The notes under the pieces: generated by a model | Told to the model about the DNA's origin: nothing | Database searches by the model: none | What the model saw: the letters and a program-made list of their open reading frames with translations, nothing else | In this document: piece after piece, positions 40,401-50,773 of the stretch | Layout of the letters: every line of letters starts with the position of its first letter | Position numbering within the stretch: the first letter of the stretch is position 1 | Translations under genes and position numbers: made by a program | Source: an uncultured Campylobacter sp. | Lineage (GTDB): Bacteria > Campylobacterota > Campylobacteria > Campylobacterales > Campylobacteraceae | Assembly (NCBI RefSeq): GCF_947255105.1 | Contig: NZ_CAMYFP010000002.1 | Coordinates: forward strand, 84,120 to 148,119 | Length of the DNA: 64,000 nucleotides | Direction of reading: 5' to 3'

Positions 40401-40410
40401 AGGAGTTTTT

Positions 40411-41262
40411 TTGAAAAAAATATTTTTGTTAAGTTTGTTGCTAGTTTTATTTGGCGGATGTGTAAACAAACAATTAGATGTTCCAGCTTCATATAGTGAT
40501 TTTAGTATCGTAAATTTGGACGATAATAAGACGATAAGTTATGATGAGTTTATCGCAAAACTTAGTAAAAGCGATATTGTGATGCTTGGCGAAAACCACA
40601 TCAACAAATATCATCACTTTATGCAAAACAAAATCATAAACGATCTTCATAAATTTAGAAATTTAAGTGTAGTTTTTGAAATGCTTAGTGTAGATAGGCA
40701 AGACTCAATAGACAAAGCCAAACAAAACATCCAATCTATCAAGCCAAAAGCTTTGAAAAAGGCGATAGATTGGGATAAAAGATGGAATTATAACTTCTAT
40801 AAAGATATTGTTGAGAGTGTTTTTTATAGCGATATGGAGCTAATTGCTGGCAACATAACAAATGATGAGATAGCTACGATTTATAAGGGCGCAATGCCTT
40901 TAAATGGGAGCTACTCTACTGCAAAAAAGGTAAAAGATAGCCTTTTTGATATTATAAAAGTTTCTCATAAATTTAGCGATGACGATAACGAAACTATCTC
41001 TAAAATGGTTGAAATTCAACAATTCAAAGACCGAAGAATGGCCGATAAACTAGTTCATAGCTCAAATTTAGCCATTTTGATAGCTGGACGAAATCACACT
41101 GATAAAACAATTGGCGTTCCACTTCACATACTTGACTTTAACGAAAATAAAAAAATGATCTCTGTTGGTCTTGGATATTGGCAAGAAGAGGTTGATGACA
41201 AGAGCCAAAAAGAGCAAGATTATTTGATTAAATTTCATAAATTAAACAGGGAGAAAAAATGA
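40411..41262 (+). CDS. chaN: ChaN-like heme/iron-associated lipoprotein
   Basis: 283 aa with a signal peptide and Cys (LFGGC). The length and context match the C. jejuni chaN-ctuA arrangement, next to TonB-dependent receptor and exbB/exbD/tonB genes. Confidence 0.55.
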   Translation: MKKIFLLSLLLVLFGGCVNKQLDVPASYSDFSIVNLDDNKTISYDEFIAKLSKSDIVMLGENHINKYHHFMQNKIINDLHKFRNLSVVFEMLSVDRQDSIDKAKQNIQSIKPKALKKAIDWDKRWNYNFYKDIVESVFYSDMELIAGNITNDEIATIYKGAMPLNGSYSTAKKVKDSLFDIIKVSHKFSDDDNETISKMVEIQQFKDRRMADKLVHSSNLAILIAGRNHTDKTIGVPLHILDFNENKKMISVGLGYWQEEVDDKSQKEQDYLIKFHKLNREKK

Positions 41263-41530
41263 GTAAAAAAGGTCTATTTTTATTTGGCTTTGTGCTGTGC
41301 TTAAGTGTGCAAAGCAAAGAGATAGATTTTGATACGCTTGAAGTATCGGCAAAAGAGATAAAAAGCGATGATAAAAGCTTTGTAACGCCAGGTATTATAT
41401 GGATGTGCTAAATGCATTTAATGACACAACCAATCAGCTCACTTATGATAAAAATTGGAATGAGGTACATCTTTTTGACAATAAAGCAAGAGGGCGGACA
41501 TTCATTGGAAGTGTTGAGTATATATTTTAA
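41259..41530 (+). pseudogene. Remnant of a TonB-dependent receptor paralog with an internal deletion
   Basis: A receptor-like N-terminus (MSKKGLFLFGFVLCLSVQSKEIDFDTLEVSAKEIKSDDKSFVTPG) is joined near 41395 to a receptor C-terminus (YMDVLNAFN...LFDNKARGRTFIGSVEYIF*) in another frame. Both parts are paralogous to the 38214 gene. Confidence 0.65.
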
Positions 41531-41538
41531 GGAGATTT

Positions 41539-42453
41539 ATGAAAAAAATATTTTTTAGCTTTTTTATTGTTGTTGGAATTTGTCTTGCAAATGAGTCTAT
41601 TGGTGGCTCAAATTTGGCTATTGAGGGCAACTTAAGCAGCAATGAAGCTAACAGCACAAATGTTAGTTATGAAGCAAACGACACAAATAAGGCAATAGTT
41701 GAAGCTAACATAACAGCTAAGAGCAATATAGCAGAGTCAAATTTAAGTCCAAAAACAGATGAAAACGATAGTTTGCAGAGTATAGAGGCTCCGGATTTAG
41801 CCATCAAAAGCGTAGATTTTACACTTTATGGGCTTTATGAAAATGCCGATTTTGTTGTTAAATTTGTTATTTATATTTTAGTTATTTTTTCTTTTGTTAC
41901 TTGGGCGATCTTTTTAGCAAAAATCTTTGAGTTTAGAGCCTATCAAAAGATTATAAAGTCCGATTTTGCCCATATAAAAGACGCTGTTTTTTTAGATGAT
42001 TTACCAAATTTAAGTGGCAAAAGTTTTATGACGCTCTTTAAAAACGAAGCCACTAGCGAAATAACAAAGTCATTTGGTTTGGATGGTGCAAAAGAAAGGA
42101 TTAGAGCCTGCTTTGAAATAAAGATAAACTCAACTATCTCTCAAGCTAGAAATTTGACTATAGCTTTGGCAAGCATTGGCTCATCGGCTCCATTTATTGG
42201 ACTTTTTGGCACTGTTTGGGGGATAATGAACTCATTTATTGGCATTGCAAACTCCAACGACACAGGACTTGACGTGGTAGCTCCAGGTATCGCAGAGGCA
42301 CTTTTTGCCACTGCTTTTGGACTGGCTGCTGCAATTCCTGCTGTGCTTTTTTATAACTATATCACAAGAAAAACAGCCAAATTTGCAAATGAAATTGATG
42401 AGATTGCAACTGCCATCTATCTCATCGCCGATAGAACTTTGGATAAAAAATGA
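41539..42453 (+). CDS. exbB: ExbB (MotA/TolQ/ExbB proton channel) with a long N-terminal periplasmic extension
   Basis: 304 aa. The C-terminal half carries ExbB motifs (IGSSAPFIGLFGTVWGIM). Confidence 0.8.
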   Translation: MKKIFFSFFIVVGICLANESIGGSNLAIEGNLSSNEANSTNVSYEANDTNKAIVEANITAKSNIAESNLSPKTDENDSLQSIEAPDLAIKSVDFTLYGLYENADFVVKFVIYILVIFSFVTWAIFLAKIFEFRAYQKIIKSDFAHIKDAVFLDDLPNLSGKSFMTLFKNEATSEITKSFGLDGAKERIRACFEIKINSTISQARNLTIALASIGSSAPFIGLFGTVWGIMNSFIGIANSNDTGLDVVAPGIAEALFATAFGLAAAIPAVLFYNYITRKTAKFANEIDEIATAIYLIADRTLDKK

Positions 42454-42854
42454 TTAAGCACGATATTCAAAAAGAGCTAAATGAGATAAATGTAACACCA
42501 TTTATCGATGTAATGTTGGTTTTGCTAATTGTTTTTATGGTTGTAACGCCACTTATGACAACCTCTGTCAAGGTTGAGCTTCCAAAATCAAGCCAAAACC
42601 TAAAACAAGACAAAGAGAAAAAGCCACTAATTTTATCGATTGATAGGGAAAATAAGCTATTTTTAGATGATGAAGCTATAAATTTGGAGAGCCTAAAGGA
42701 GATTTTATTTGCCAAGACAGGTGGAAATTTTGACGAAGTGATCTATTTTTATGTCGATAAAAGCGTAGAATACGAAGTGCTAATAGGTGCCATAAACAAC
42801 ATAAAAACACTTGGATATTCCAAAATCGCGCTCTCATCAAAGTTAGATAATTAA
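42450..42854 (+). CDS. exbD: ExbD
   Basis: 134 aa with an N-terminal TM (TPFIDVMLVLLIVFMV). Confidence 0.8.
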   Translation: MIKHDIQKELNEINVTPFIDVMLVLLIVFMVVTPLMTTSVKVELPKSSQNLKQDKEKKPLILSIDRENKLFLDDEAINLESLKEILFAKTGGNFDEVIYFYVDKSVEYEVLIGAINNIKTLGYSKIALSSKLDN

Positions 42855-42858
42855 TACT

Positions 42859-43725
42859 ATGCAAAATAGCAATCTCATCACTGGCATTATCGGCTCGCTC
42901 TTTTTACACGCATCGGTGCTATTTGTCTTTTTGTATAGTCCTTATAAGCCAAGTTTAAGCGGCGGACAGATAGGCGATATAGGGGATTTTGAGTCTGTTA
43001 TGATAGTTTCTGATTTGCCAGTTGGAAAGATTGAAGAGATTAGTATAGATCAGATAAAAGCTATGCAAAATTATGAGGCATCACCAGATATAGATGAGGC
43101 AAAGAGCGATATAACAGAGCCTATAAAAGATGAAAAGATATCAAACTCGATTAGTGATTTGGAGATACCAAGCGAGATAGAGATTGCAAAAGCCCAAAAA
43201 ATTTCACCAAAAATAGCTAAAAAAGTGCAAAAAAATAAGCTAAAAAAGAGTGTAAAAAAGGAGAAAAAAAGAAGAGAGCTTGACAAAAATAAGCCCATCT
43301 CTCACATAAGTGGAGAGGTAAATTCCATAGCCAAAGGTAGCCATTCAAGCGTTCCAGTTAAAGGAAGTGGTAAAAAAGTATCATCACCATCACCAGGAAG
43401 TGGCAATGGTAAAACTGCTAGTTGGCAAGGCTTGGTCAATGCTCATCTAAACAAAAGGAAAAAATATCCACTCTTTTCTCTTGCAAACTCACAAGAGGGA
43501 AGAGTTTTGCTCTCTGTAGAGATGGATGCAAATGGAAAAGTTATCGCGGTAAAGATAGCAAAAAAATCCAAATTTGAAGAGCTAAATAGAGCAGCAGTGG
43601 AGCTACTAAAACTCTCTTCACCTCTTCCAAAACCGCCAAAAAGCACAATGGGTGGAAAAAAGAGTATAATTTTAAGAATGCCAATAGAATACGACATAAA
43701 AAAGTATAAAAAGTCTTTAAGATAG
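42859..43725 (+). CDS. tonB: TonB energy transducer
   Basis: 288 aa with an N-terminal TM, a Lys/Glu/Pro-rich linker and a C-terminal TonB domain. Confidence 0.7.
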   Translation: MQNSNLITGIIGSLFLHASVLFVFLYSPYKPSLSGGQIGDIGDFESVMIVSDLPVGKIEEISIDQIKAMQNYEASPDIDEAKSDITEPIKDEKISNSISDLEIPSEIEIAKAQKISPKIAKKVQKNKLKKSVKKEKKRRELDKNKPISHISGEVNSIAKGSHSSVPVKGSGKKVSSPSPGSGNGKTASWQGLVNAHLNKRKKYPLFSLANSQEGRVLLSVEMDANGKVIAVKIAKKSKFEELNRAAVELLKLSSPLPKPPKSTMGGKKSIILRMPIEYDIKKYKKSLR

Positions 43726-43733
43726 GGTAAATT

Positions 43734-45293
43734 TTGATAAAAAACTACATTTATAAATTTAGTATCATTTTTGTTCTCTCGCTTATTTTTGGTGGGCTAA
43801 ATATCGCAATTTTGGCATATATCAACAAATTCATCTTAAATTTAACAGAGCCAAATTTAAAAATAATGCTCTTTTTTGCAGCTCTTATACTCTTTTTTTT
43901 CATTGCAACATTTTTTATAAGAGTAGTTATAACTAAGATAAACAATATCATTATTTATGAATTAAGGGTTAAATTTGTGCTCAAAGTCTTAAATACAAAG
44001 ATGATTTTTGATGAAAATAAGCCCAAAATTTTAGCCTCACTTTCCAAAGATATTGGCAGCATTTCAAATGGTTTTATGCGTCTAAGTGACGCAGTTCAGG
44101 GATTTGTTTTGGTCATTTTGTCGCTAGCTTATTTTTATTATCTATCAAAAGAGATGTTTTTATTCGTATTTTTGTGGTTTGGCTTGATATTTGTCTTAAC
44201 TTATATTTTTATAGGCAAAGCAAGGACTAGCTACGCTTCTTCAAGAAAATTTGATGATGATTTATATAAAAGTTATGAGACGCTTTTAGGCGGTTTTAGG
44301 GAACTTCGCATAAGTAAAAAGAGAGAAGATAGCTTTTTGGCCACCTTTTTTCAAGAGGCAACTTCTCAAAAAAACGCCAACATAAAAGCAGAAATTTATG
44401 GCAACCTATCAAGTAATTTTTTAAATGTAATGATGCTTTTTGGGATTGGTTTTATCATGTTTTTATCGCTTGGTTTGGGAGTTTCAGACTTCAAAACAGC
44501 AACTACCATAAGCCTTTCTATGATGTTTTTAAGAGCGCCTTTTATGATGGCTGTCTCATCGATACCTTCTATTTTGGTTGCGCTTATCTCCATAAAAAAG
44601 ATAAAAGAGCTTAAATTTGATGAGATAAAAGAGTCATTTGGCAACCAAACTGCGATGAAATGGAGTAGGCTATTTTTAAAAGATATTGATTTTGCCTATT
44701 TGGATAAGAAAATTTTAAATGGTCTAAGCTTAACAATCAAAAAAGATAAAATCATCTTTTTAGTAGGTAAAAATGGCTCTGGCAAATCCACTCTATTTTC
44801 GATATTGTGCGGACTTTTAACTCCACAAAGAGGCGAGATTTGGATAGATGAAAAAAGGTTATGCGATGAAGACTTAAGAGCTTTTCAAAACAGCATAGCA
44901 GTTGTTTTTAGCGACTTTTTTTTATTTGGCGAGATACTTAATTGCGATGAGAGTTTTATTGACTTTTGGCTTGAGAAACTAAAACTTAAAGATAAATTTA
45001 ACTTAAATTTGGAAAAAAATAGCTTTAAATTTAGTAGCTTCAACCTCTCAACAGGGCAAAAAAAGCGTCTTGCTTTGCTTGAAGTTTTGGCCTTAGAGAA
45101 AGATTTTTTAATGCTTGATGAGTTTGGTGCAGATCAAGATCCTGAGTTTAGAGAGTATTTTTATAAAGAAATTTTGCCATTTTTAAAAAATAAGGGAGTT
45201 GGTATTTTTGCTATAAGTCACGATGATAGATATTTTAAATTTGCAGATGAAATTTACAAAATGAGCGATGGAAAGGCACTTCAAATAAAATGA
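43734..45293 (+). CDS. ABC transporter fused permease/ATPase (possibly a peptide or siderophore exporter)
   Basis: 519 aa with 6 N-terminal TM and a C-terminal NBD (GKNGSGKST, LSTGQKKRL, LMLDE). Confidence 0.6.
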   Translation: MIKNYIYKFSIIFVLSLIFGGLNIAILAYINKFILNLTEPNLKIMLFFAALILFFFIATFFIRVVITKINNIIIYELRVKFVLKVLNTKMIFDENKPKILASLSKDIGSISNGFMRLSDAVQGFVLVILSLAYFYYLSKEMFLFVFLWFGLIFVLTYIFIGKARTSYASSRKFDDDLYKSYETLLGGFRELRISKKREDSFLATFFQEATSQKNANIKAEIYGNLSSNFLNVMMLFGIGFIMFLSLGLGVSDFKTATTISLSMMFLRAPFMMAVSSIPSILVALISIKKIKELKFDEIKESFGNQTAMKWSRLFLKDIDFAYLDKKILNGLSLTIKKDKIIFLVGKNGSGKSTLFSILCGLLTPQRGEIWIDEKRLCDEDLRAFQNSIAVVFSDFFLFGEILNCDESFIDFWLEKLKLKDKFNLNLEKNSFKFSSFNLSTGQKKRLALLEVLALEKDFLMLDEFGADQDPEFREYFYKEILPFLKNKGVGIFAISHDDRYFKFADEIYKMSDGKALQIK

Positions 45294-45314
45294 GTGCCAC
45301 GCCCACCAAAGTTT

Positions 45315-45809
45315 TTAAAACTTATTTTTCAATCTTAAAAACTTTTCAACTTGCTCTTCTTTTAGCTCTCTTTTCTCGTCTCTACTTAGATAAAACTTAA
45401 AAATAGTTTCATTTTTCTCATTGTAAAAATGAACGCTATGACCCAAAACTCCCATAAATTTAGTGGATACAAAACCTATCTTTTTGACGCTATCTTCTTT
45501 TAAATGTCCGCCAAGATATCCCATCGCACCGCTGAAATTTAGATATCCTCTTGCTTTTTTGGGTGGATTTATTTTAGACTTGAACTCGATTATAAACTCA
45601 GGTGTATTTTTACAAAACATAACTTCGCCCCAAGTTGCAATCTCAGCCAAAATTGCCTCTAAATTTGAGCCGCAAATCTCTTTGAACTCCTCTTTTCCTC
45701 TAAATTTCAAAATCTCATATTCACTTACTTTTAGCTTCATCGCCGCCTCAATAACACTCATATTTTCATTCTCAAATAGAGCTTTAACCTCTTGTTCTAA
45801 ATTTCTCAT
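45315..45809 (-). CDS. ChuX/HutX-family cytoplasmic heme utilization protein
   Basis: 164 aa, colinear with the ChuX family (WGEV...GYLNFSG..GHLK...KFMGVLGHSVHFYNEKNETIFKFYLSRDE). Confidence 0.65.
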   Translation of the reverse strand: MRNLEQEVKALFENENMSVIEAAMKLKVSEYEILKFRGKEEFKEICGSNLEAILAEIATWGEVMFCKNTPEFIIEFKSKINPPKKARGYLNFSGAMGYLGGHLKEDSVKKIGFVSTKFMGVLGHSVHFYNEKNETIFKFYLSRDEKRELKEEQVEKFLRLKNKF

Positions 45810-45898
45810 TTATCTTCTCCTTTAGTCTAAAATAGATGATACTGGATATTATAATTAAAAAAATAGTTAAATAGGTAAATAAAAGCGAAAAATATTTT

Positions 45899-45926
45899 AA
45901 TAATTATGATTTTATTTATCATAATT
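45899..45926. promoter_or_regulatory. Putative Fur box in the hutX / exbB2 divergent region
   Basis: The sequence aataattatgattttatttatcataatt. Confidence 0.4.
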
Positions 45927-45981
45927 TAAGCCGTAAATTTATATAATCAGCTTTGATTATTATATACTTTATCAATAAGGT

Positions 45982-46605
45982 TTGTTTTATATGTTTTATT
46001 ATATGCAAGTTGGCGGCATCTTTATGTGGCCTATCTTTTTTCTTGCTGTCCTATCTCTTGCTGCAGTTTTAGAAAAACTATTTTTATATTTTGTGAGATT
46101 GAGGGATTTGGGTTCTAAATTTAAGTTAGATATCACCAAAAACTTAAACAACCAAACTTTTGAGAAAATAGGTGAAATTTATCAAAACTATAAAAATCCA
46201 CTGGCAAAAGTAGTTTGTGCAGCTTCTAACTTCTATCTAACCAACAAAAACATATCAAAAAGCGAGTATGAATTTCTAATCAAAACTATGATTGATGATG
46301 AAATTTCAAAACTTGAAAAAAACAACTGGATTTTAGGTATCTGCATAAGTGCATCGCCACAACTTGGGCTACTTGGCACAATTGTTGGAATGATAAAGTC
46401 TTTTGGCGCGCTAAGTGCTGCAGGTGATCCAACCTTGGTTGCAGGCGGAATTTCTGAAGCGCTCTATACAACAGCTTTTGGGCTTTTGGTTGCAATACCA
46501 GCTTTGGTTTTTCACGTCTATTTTATAAATAAAAATGACTCAATTATGGAAAACTTGGAAAAGATAGAGTTTTTGCTCTTAAAAAAGTTTGAAGGCCTTA
46601 GATGA
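45982..46605 (+). CDS. exbB: ExbB (second copy, short form)
   Basis: 207 aa (the start may be 46012). It has 3 TM and a MotA/ExbB motif (GLLGTIVGMIKSF). Confidence 0.75.
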   Translation: MFYMFYYMQVGGIFMWPIFFLAVLSLAAVLEKLFLYFVRLRDLGSKFKLDITKNLNNQTFEKIGEIYQNYKNPLAKVVCAASNFYLTNKNISKSEYEFLIKTMIDDEISKLEKNNWILGICISASPQLGLLGTIVGMIKSFGALSAAGDPTLVAGGISEALYTTAFGLLVAIPALVFHVYFINKNDSIMENLEKIEFLLLKKFEGLR

Positions 46606-47012
46606 GAAGAGTAAGAAGACGCAATTTTTATAGCATCTCCATAATAAATTTAATAGACATAATATTTATTTTGCTTATATTTTTTATGATTACGACCACT
46701 TTTAAGCAAACTGAAAGCTTGGATATAAATTTGCCAAAAAGCAAAACCTCTTTTAATAAAAATAGCGATGTAAATGTTGTAATTTTTTATGATTTAAATG
46801 AAAAAATCACTATAAAAACTGATAATAAAGTCCTATTTAGCTCAAATTTAGATGATCTATCAAAAGAGATAGGTGAGCTAAATTTAAACACATTCAAAGC
46901 AGTTCATCTAAGTGCTGATAGCAAACTTGACTATGGAAAGATAGTAAATTTAATGTCAATCTTAAAAGAAAATAAAATCAAAAATTTAAATTTAGATATA
47001 GAAAAATTTTAA
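46602..47012 (+). CDS. exbD: ExbD (second copy)
   Basis: 136 aa with an N-terminal TM. Confidence 0.75.
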   Translation: MRRVRRRNFYSISIINLIDIIFILLIFFMITTTFKQTESLDINLPKSKTSFNKNSDVNVVIFYDLNEKITIKTDNKVLFSSNLDDLSKEIGELNLNTFKAVHLSADSKLDYGKIVNLMSILKENKIKNLNLDIEKF

Positions 47013-47023
47013 AAAGGAGCATT

Positions 47024-49039
47024 ATGCGTAAAGTTTTAGTTTATAGTATTGTTTTGCAATCTTTACTTTTTGCAGATACAAGGCTTGAGACAAGTATCAT
47101 CTCTACAACGGGTTTTGAGGACACTTTGGCAAATGAGGTAAGAAATGTTAATGTTATCACAAAAGATGATATCCAAAAGAGAGGTTATAAAAGCCTAAGA
47201 GATCTGTTTAAAAATACTCCAAGTATCTATATGTCTAAAAAAGCCTTTGGCGATGTTATCGATATGCGTGGTCAAGGCGAAAAGGCAAATACCAATGTCC
47301 AAATCATGATAAATGGCGTGGCGATGAATATGACTGATTCATCTCATACCTCTATGCCTTTTGATGCTATTAATGTAGATGATATTGAGCGTATTGAGAT
47401 TCTTCCAGGTGGTGGATCTGTGCTTTATGGAAGTGGCACACAAGGTGGAATTATCAATATAATTACCAAAAAAACAAGGCAAGATTTCTATGCCAATATA
47501 GCATCAAGATATCAAAGTGGAGGTTCGATAAATGCTAGGTTCAATATCGGTGCAATGGCAACTGATAGGCTATTTTTAAGGGCTAGTGTTTTAAAAGATA
47601 AGAGCAACGGCTATAGATATGGCGAAAAAAGCAATGGTGCATATGGCAGTTTTGGGTTGGATTATCAACTAGGCGACAACCAAAACTTAAGTCTTGATTT
47701 TTCTCACTATAGCGGCGATCAAACAGTAGCTGGTGGAGTAAGTAAAAAAGAGCTTGATAAAAACAGAAGAGCAACTGATGGTTCATACTCTACGACAGAT
47801 ATAAAAATGACAAATTTAAATTTAGACTATGGCATTAAATTTAACGACAGCTGGCAGTTTAATACAACTCCTTTCTACCAAAAAACCAAGTTTCAACCAA
47901 AAGGTAGTGTTTCTGGTTTTGAAGATAAAAAAATTGGTGCTAGAAATAAGGTAAAGTATAACTATGAGAGTGGAAATTTAATATTTGGTTATGACTTTAT
48001 TTACAACAAAGGCATAAATGATGGGCATTTTGACTATATGATACCAGGGCGACCAGGAACGCCACCAATGCGTTATGTAAGCACTTCAAAAGGCTCTACC
48101 AAAAAAATCACAAATTCATTTTTCATACAAAATTTATTTGAGATGACAGATAACTTTTCTCTAACTACTGGCTATAGATTTGACCATGCAAGCTACAAAA
48201 TCACAAAAGATACTCGCACAAAAATGGCTCCTCTTCCTGCATTTCCTACGACACCATTTAAGGTGGCTACTCTTGATCTAGAAAAGAGTGAAAACAACCA
48301 TGCTTTTGAAATAACCCCTAGTTTTGCCTATTCGGATACAGGAAAGGTCTATTTTAAATTTGAAAGAGGCTTTACTAGTCCATCAGCAAACAAAATGCAA
48401 AATAAAGACAGGGTAAAGGGATACTATCCAAGCAATATCAAATCAGAGAAATTTATAACCTATGAAGTTGGTGTGAGAGATTTGGTTTTGGAGCAGTTTT
48501 TTCAAGCAACAGCTTTTTATACAAAAAGCAAAGATGAGATAACAACCGATATGGTAGGCATGGGCGAGCAGTGGAAGCAATACAACATCGGAAAGACTGA
48601 AAAATGGGGCTTGGAGATTGGTCTAGAACAAAGCTTGATAGCTGATAAGTTAAAGCTACAAGAGAGCTTTGCCTACACTAGCACAGAGGTTAAAGATGCA
48701 GGTAAAAACAGGTGGATAAAAGTTGGCGAAGTTGTGCCAAATGTTCCAAAATATAAATTTACTCTTGGGGTTGATTTTGAGATAACTAACAATGTAAATA
48801 TTTTTAGCGATACCACCTTTTATGGTAGCCAAAAAAATAGCAGCTACGAGAAAATCTCATCATACAGCTTAACAGATATTGGTGCAAGATTTAAATACAA
48901 AGGCTTTAGTCTAACAGCTGGAATTAACAATCTTTTTGATAAAGAATTTTATAACTCAGTCTCTGGAAAGGGAAACTATAAAATTTATTCTGTAGGCGAT
49001 GGCAGAACTTATTATACGGAGTTTAAGTATGACTTCTAG
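47024..49039 (+). CDS. TonB-dependent receptor (ChuA-like; heme or siderophore)
   Basis: 671 aa with a signal peptide, a plug domain and a C-terminal ...YTEFKYDF. It is followed by an ABC importer and heme-degradation genes. Confidence 0.7.
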   Translation: MRKVLVYSIVLQSLLFADTRLETSIISTTGFEDTLANEVRNVNVITKDDIQKRGYKSLRDLFKNTPSIYMSKKAFGDVIDMRGQGEKANTNVQIMINGVAMNMTDSSHTSMPFDAINVDDIERIEILPGGGSVLYGSGTQGGIINIITKKTRQDFYANIASRYQSGGSINARFNIGAMATDRLFLRASVLKDKSNGYRYGEKSNGAYGSFGLDYQLGDNQNLSLDFSHYSGDQTVAGGVSKKELDKNRRATDGSYSTTDIKMTNLNLDYGIKFNDSWQFNTTPFYQKTKFQPKGSVSGFEDKKIGARNKVKYNYESGNLIFGYDFIYNKGINDGHFDYMIPGRPGTPPMRYVSTSKGSTKKITNSFFIQNLFEMTDNFSLTTGYRFDHASYKITKDTRTKMAPLPAFPTTPFKVATLDLEKSENNHAFEITPSFAYSDTGKVYFKFERGFTSPSANKMQNKDRVKGYYPSNIKSEKFITYEVGVRDLVLEQFFQATAFYTKSKDEITTDMVGMGEQWKQYNIGKTEKWGLEIGLEQSLIADKLKLQESFAYTSTEVKDAGKNRWIKVGEVVPNVPKYKFTLGVDFEITNNVNIFSDTTFYGSQKNSSYEKISSYSLTDIGARFKYKGFSLTAGINNLFDKEFYNSVSGKGNYKIYSVGDGRTYYTEFKYDF

Positions 49040-50003
49040 TCATAAAAAATATCTTTTGGTATTGATGGCAATTAGCTTTTTAGTTGCCATCATATCAGCT
49101 TGTATAGGAGGAGCTGATATTGGACTTAAGGATATTTTTGCCTATTTTAATGGAGATCTGTCAAAAAGCAAGGAGATTATTCTTTTAGAGATTAGATTTC
49201 CAAGAATTTTAATGGCATTTTTAATAGGCATCTTACTTGCAACAAGTGGTGTTGTAACGCAAAATATCTTTTTAAATCCAGTAGCAGATCCCTACATCAT
49301 AGGAATTGCAGCCTCTGCAACTTTTGGAGCTGTCATAGCCTATCTTTTTAGAATGAGCGATATTTATTATGCTATCTTTGCATTTATCTCATCGGCAATT
49401 TTATCCCTACTTATCTTTAAAATTTACACAAAAGCAAGAAATATCGCAACACTTTTGATAGTTGGTATTGCATTTTCATCTTTTTTGGGTGCTTTTACCT
49501 CTTTTGCAACTTATATGATAGGAGAAGAGAGTTTTAAGATAGTTGCTTGGATGATGGGATATTTGGGTGGTGCTTCGTGGAGCAAAATCGCACTTTTGAC
49601 GCCACCTTTGATCTTTACTTTTATCTATTTTCATTCAAAAAGATATGAGTTAAATATCCTTTTAAGTGGCGACGAAGAGGCAAAAAGCTTAGGCGTTGAT
49701 GTTGATAATATCAAAAAAAGATTGCTTATCATCTCAGCTCTTGCAGTTAGTTTTAGCATCTCATTTACAGGAATGATTGGCTTTGTAGGACTTATTATCC
49801 CGCATATCATAAGAATGCTTTTTCAAACTTCAAATAACGCCGTCATACTTCCATTTTCAGCACTCATTGGTGGGCTTTTTTTACTATTTTGCGATATGCT
49901 TGGAAAAACTCTACTTGCCCCAACAGAGATACCAATAGGCGTAATTACCGCCTTTTTTGGTGCTCCATTTTTCCTATTTTTGGCTTTAAAAGGTGGTAGA
50001 TAA
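49029..50003 (+). CDS. FecCD-family iron/heme ABC permease (ChuB-like)
   Basis: About 324 aa counting from the Met at 49029; the ORF as listed starts at 48999. It has 9-10 TM. Confidence 0.75.
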   Translation: MTSSHKKYLLVLMAISFLVAIISACIGGADIGLKDIFAYFNGDLSKSKEIILLEIRFPRILMAFLIGILLATSGVVTQNIFLNPVADPYIIGIAASATFGAVIAYLFRMSDIYYAIFAFISSAILSLLIFKIYTKARNIATLLIVGIAFSSFLGAFTSFATYMIGEESFKIVAWMMGYLGGASWSKIALLTPPLIFTFIYFHSKRYELNILLSGDEEAKSLGVDVDNIKKRLLIISALAVSFSISFTGMIGFVGLIIPHIIRMLFQTSNNAVILPFSALIGGLFLLFCDMLGKTLLAPTEIPIGVITAFFGAPFFLFLALKGGR

Positions 50004-50764
50004 TGGAAGTTAAAAATTTGGAGTTTTCTTTTTATAAAAAAGAGATTTTAAAAGGGCTAAATTTAACTGCAAAAAGAGGCGAATTTATAGGAATTTTAGG
50101 GCCAAATGGCTGTGGAAAAAGTACTCTTTTGAAAAATATCTTAAAGATTTATAAGCCAAAAAGTGGGATTATAACTCTAAAGGAGAAAAGTTTAAAAGAG
50201 TATTCCCAAAAAGAACTTAGCCAAATTTTGGGCTTTGTTCCACAAAAAAGTCAAATCTCAATGCCACTTTTAGTTGAAGATATCATCTTAATGGGAAGAT
50301 ACTCACATCTAAAAAGCTCATTTTATGGTTATGAGAAAAAAGATTTAGAGGCAGTTGATGAGATAATGAAGCTTTTAAATTTGGAAAATTTCAAAAAAAG
50401 AATTGCTTTTACGTTAAGTGGTGGCGAGTTTCAAAGAGTGATTTTAGCAAGAGCTTTGGTTGGAAAGCCTGAAATGTTGCTTCTTGATGAACCAACCTCG
50501 GCACTTGATCTAAACTATGCTGTAAATATTTTAAAGATTTGTAAAGCCATTGTCAAAAAGCAAAATATTGCCTGTGTTGTTGTACTTCACGATCTAAATT
50601 TAGCTTCACTATTTTGCGACAAAATAATGTTTTTAAAAGATGGCAAAGTGGCTTATAATGGCACTGCTAAAGAGCTTTTTACAAAAGAGATATTAAATGA
50701 AATTTACTCTTTAAAATGTGAAATATTAGAGCATGAAAACAGACCCGTTGTGGTTGCTATTTAA
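50003..50764 (+). CDS. Iron/heme ABC ATP-binding protein (ChuC/HmuV-like)
   Basis: 253 aa with Walker A (GPNGCGKST), signature (LSGGEFQRV) and Walker B. Confidence 0.8.
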   Translation: MEVKNLEFSFYKKEILKGLNLTAKRGEFIGILGPNGCGKSTLLKNILKIYKPKSGIITLKEKSLKEYSQKELSQILGFVPQKSQISMPLLVEDIILMGRYSHLKSSFYGYEKKDLEAVDEIMKLLNLENFKKRIAFTLSGGEFQRVILARALVGKPEMLLLDEPTSALDLNYAVNILKICKAIVKKQNIACVVVLHDLNLASLFCDKIMFLKDGKVAYNGTAKELFTKEILNEIYSLKCEILEHENRPVVVAI

Positions 50765-50773
50765 GGAGAAGAG

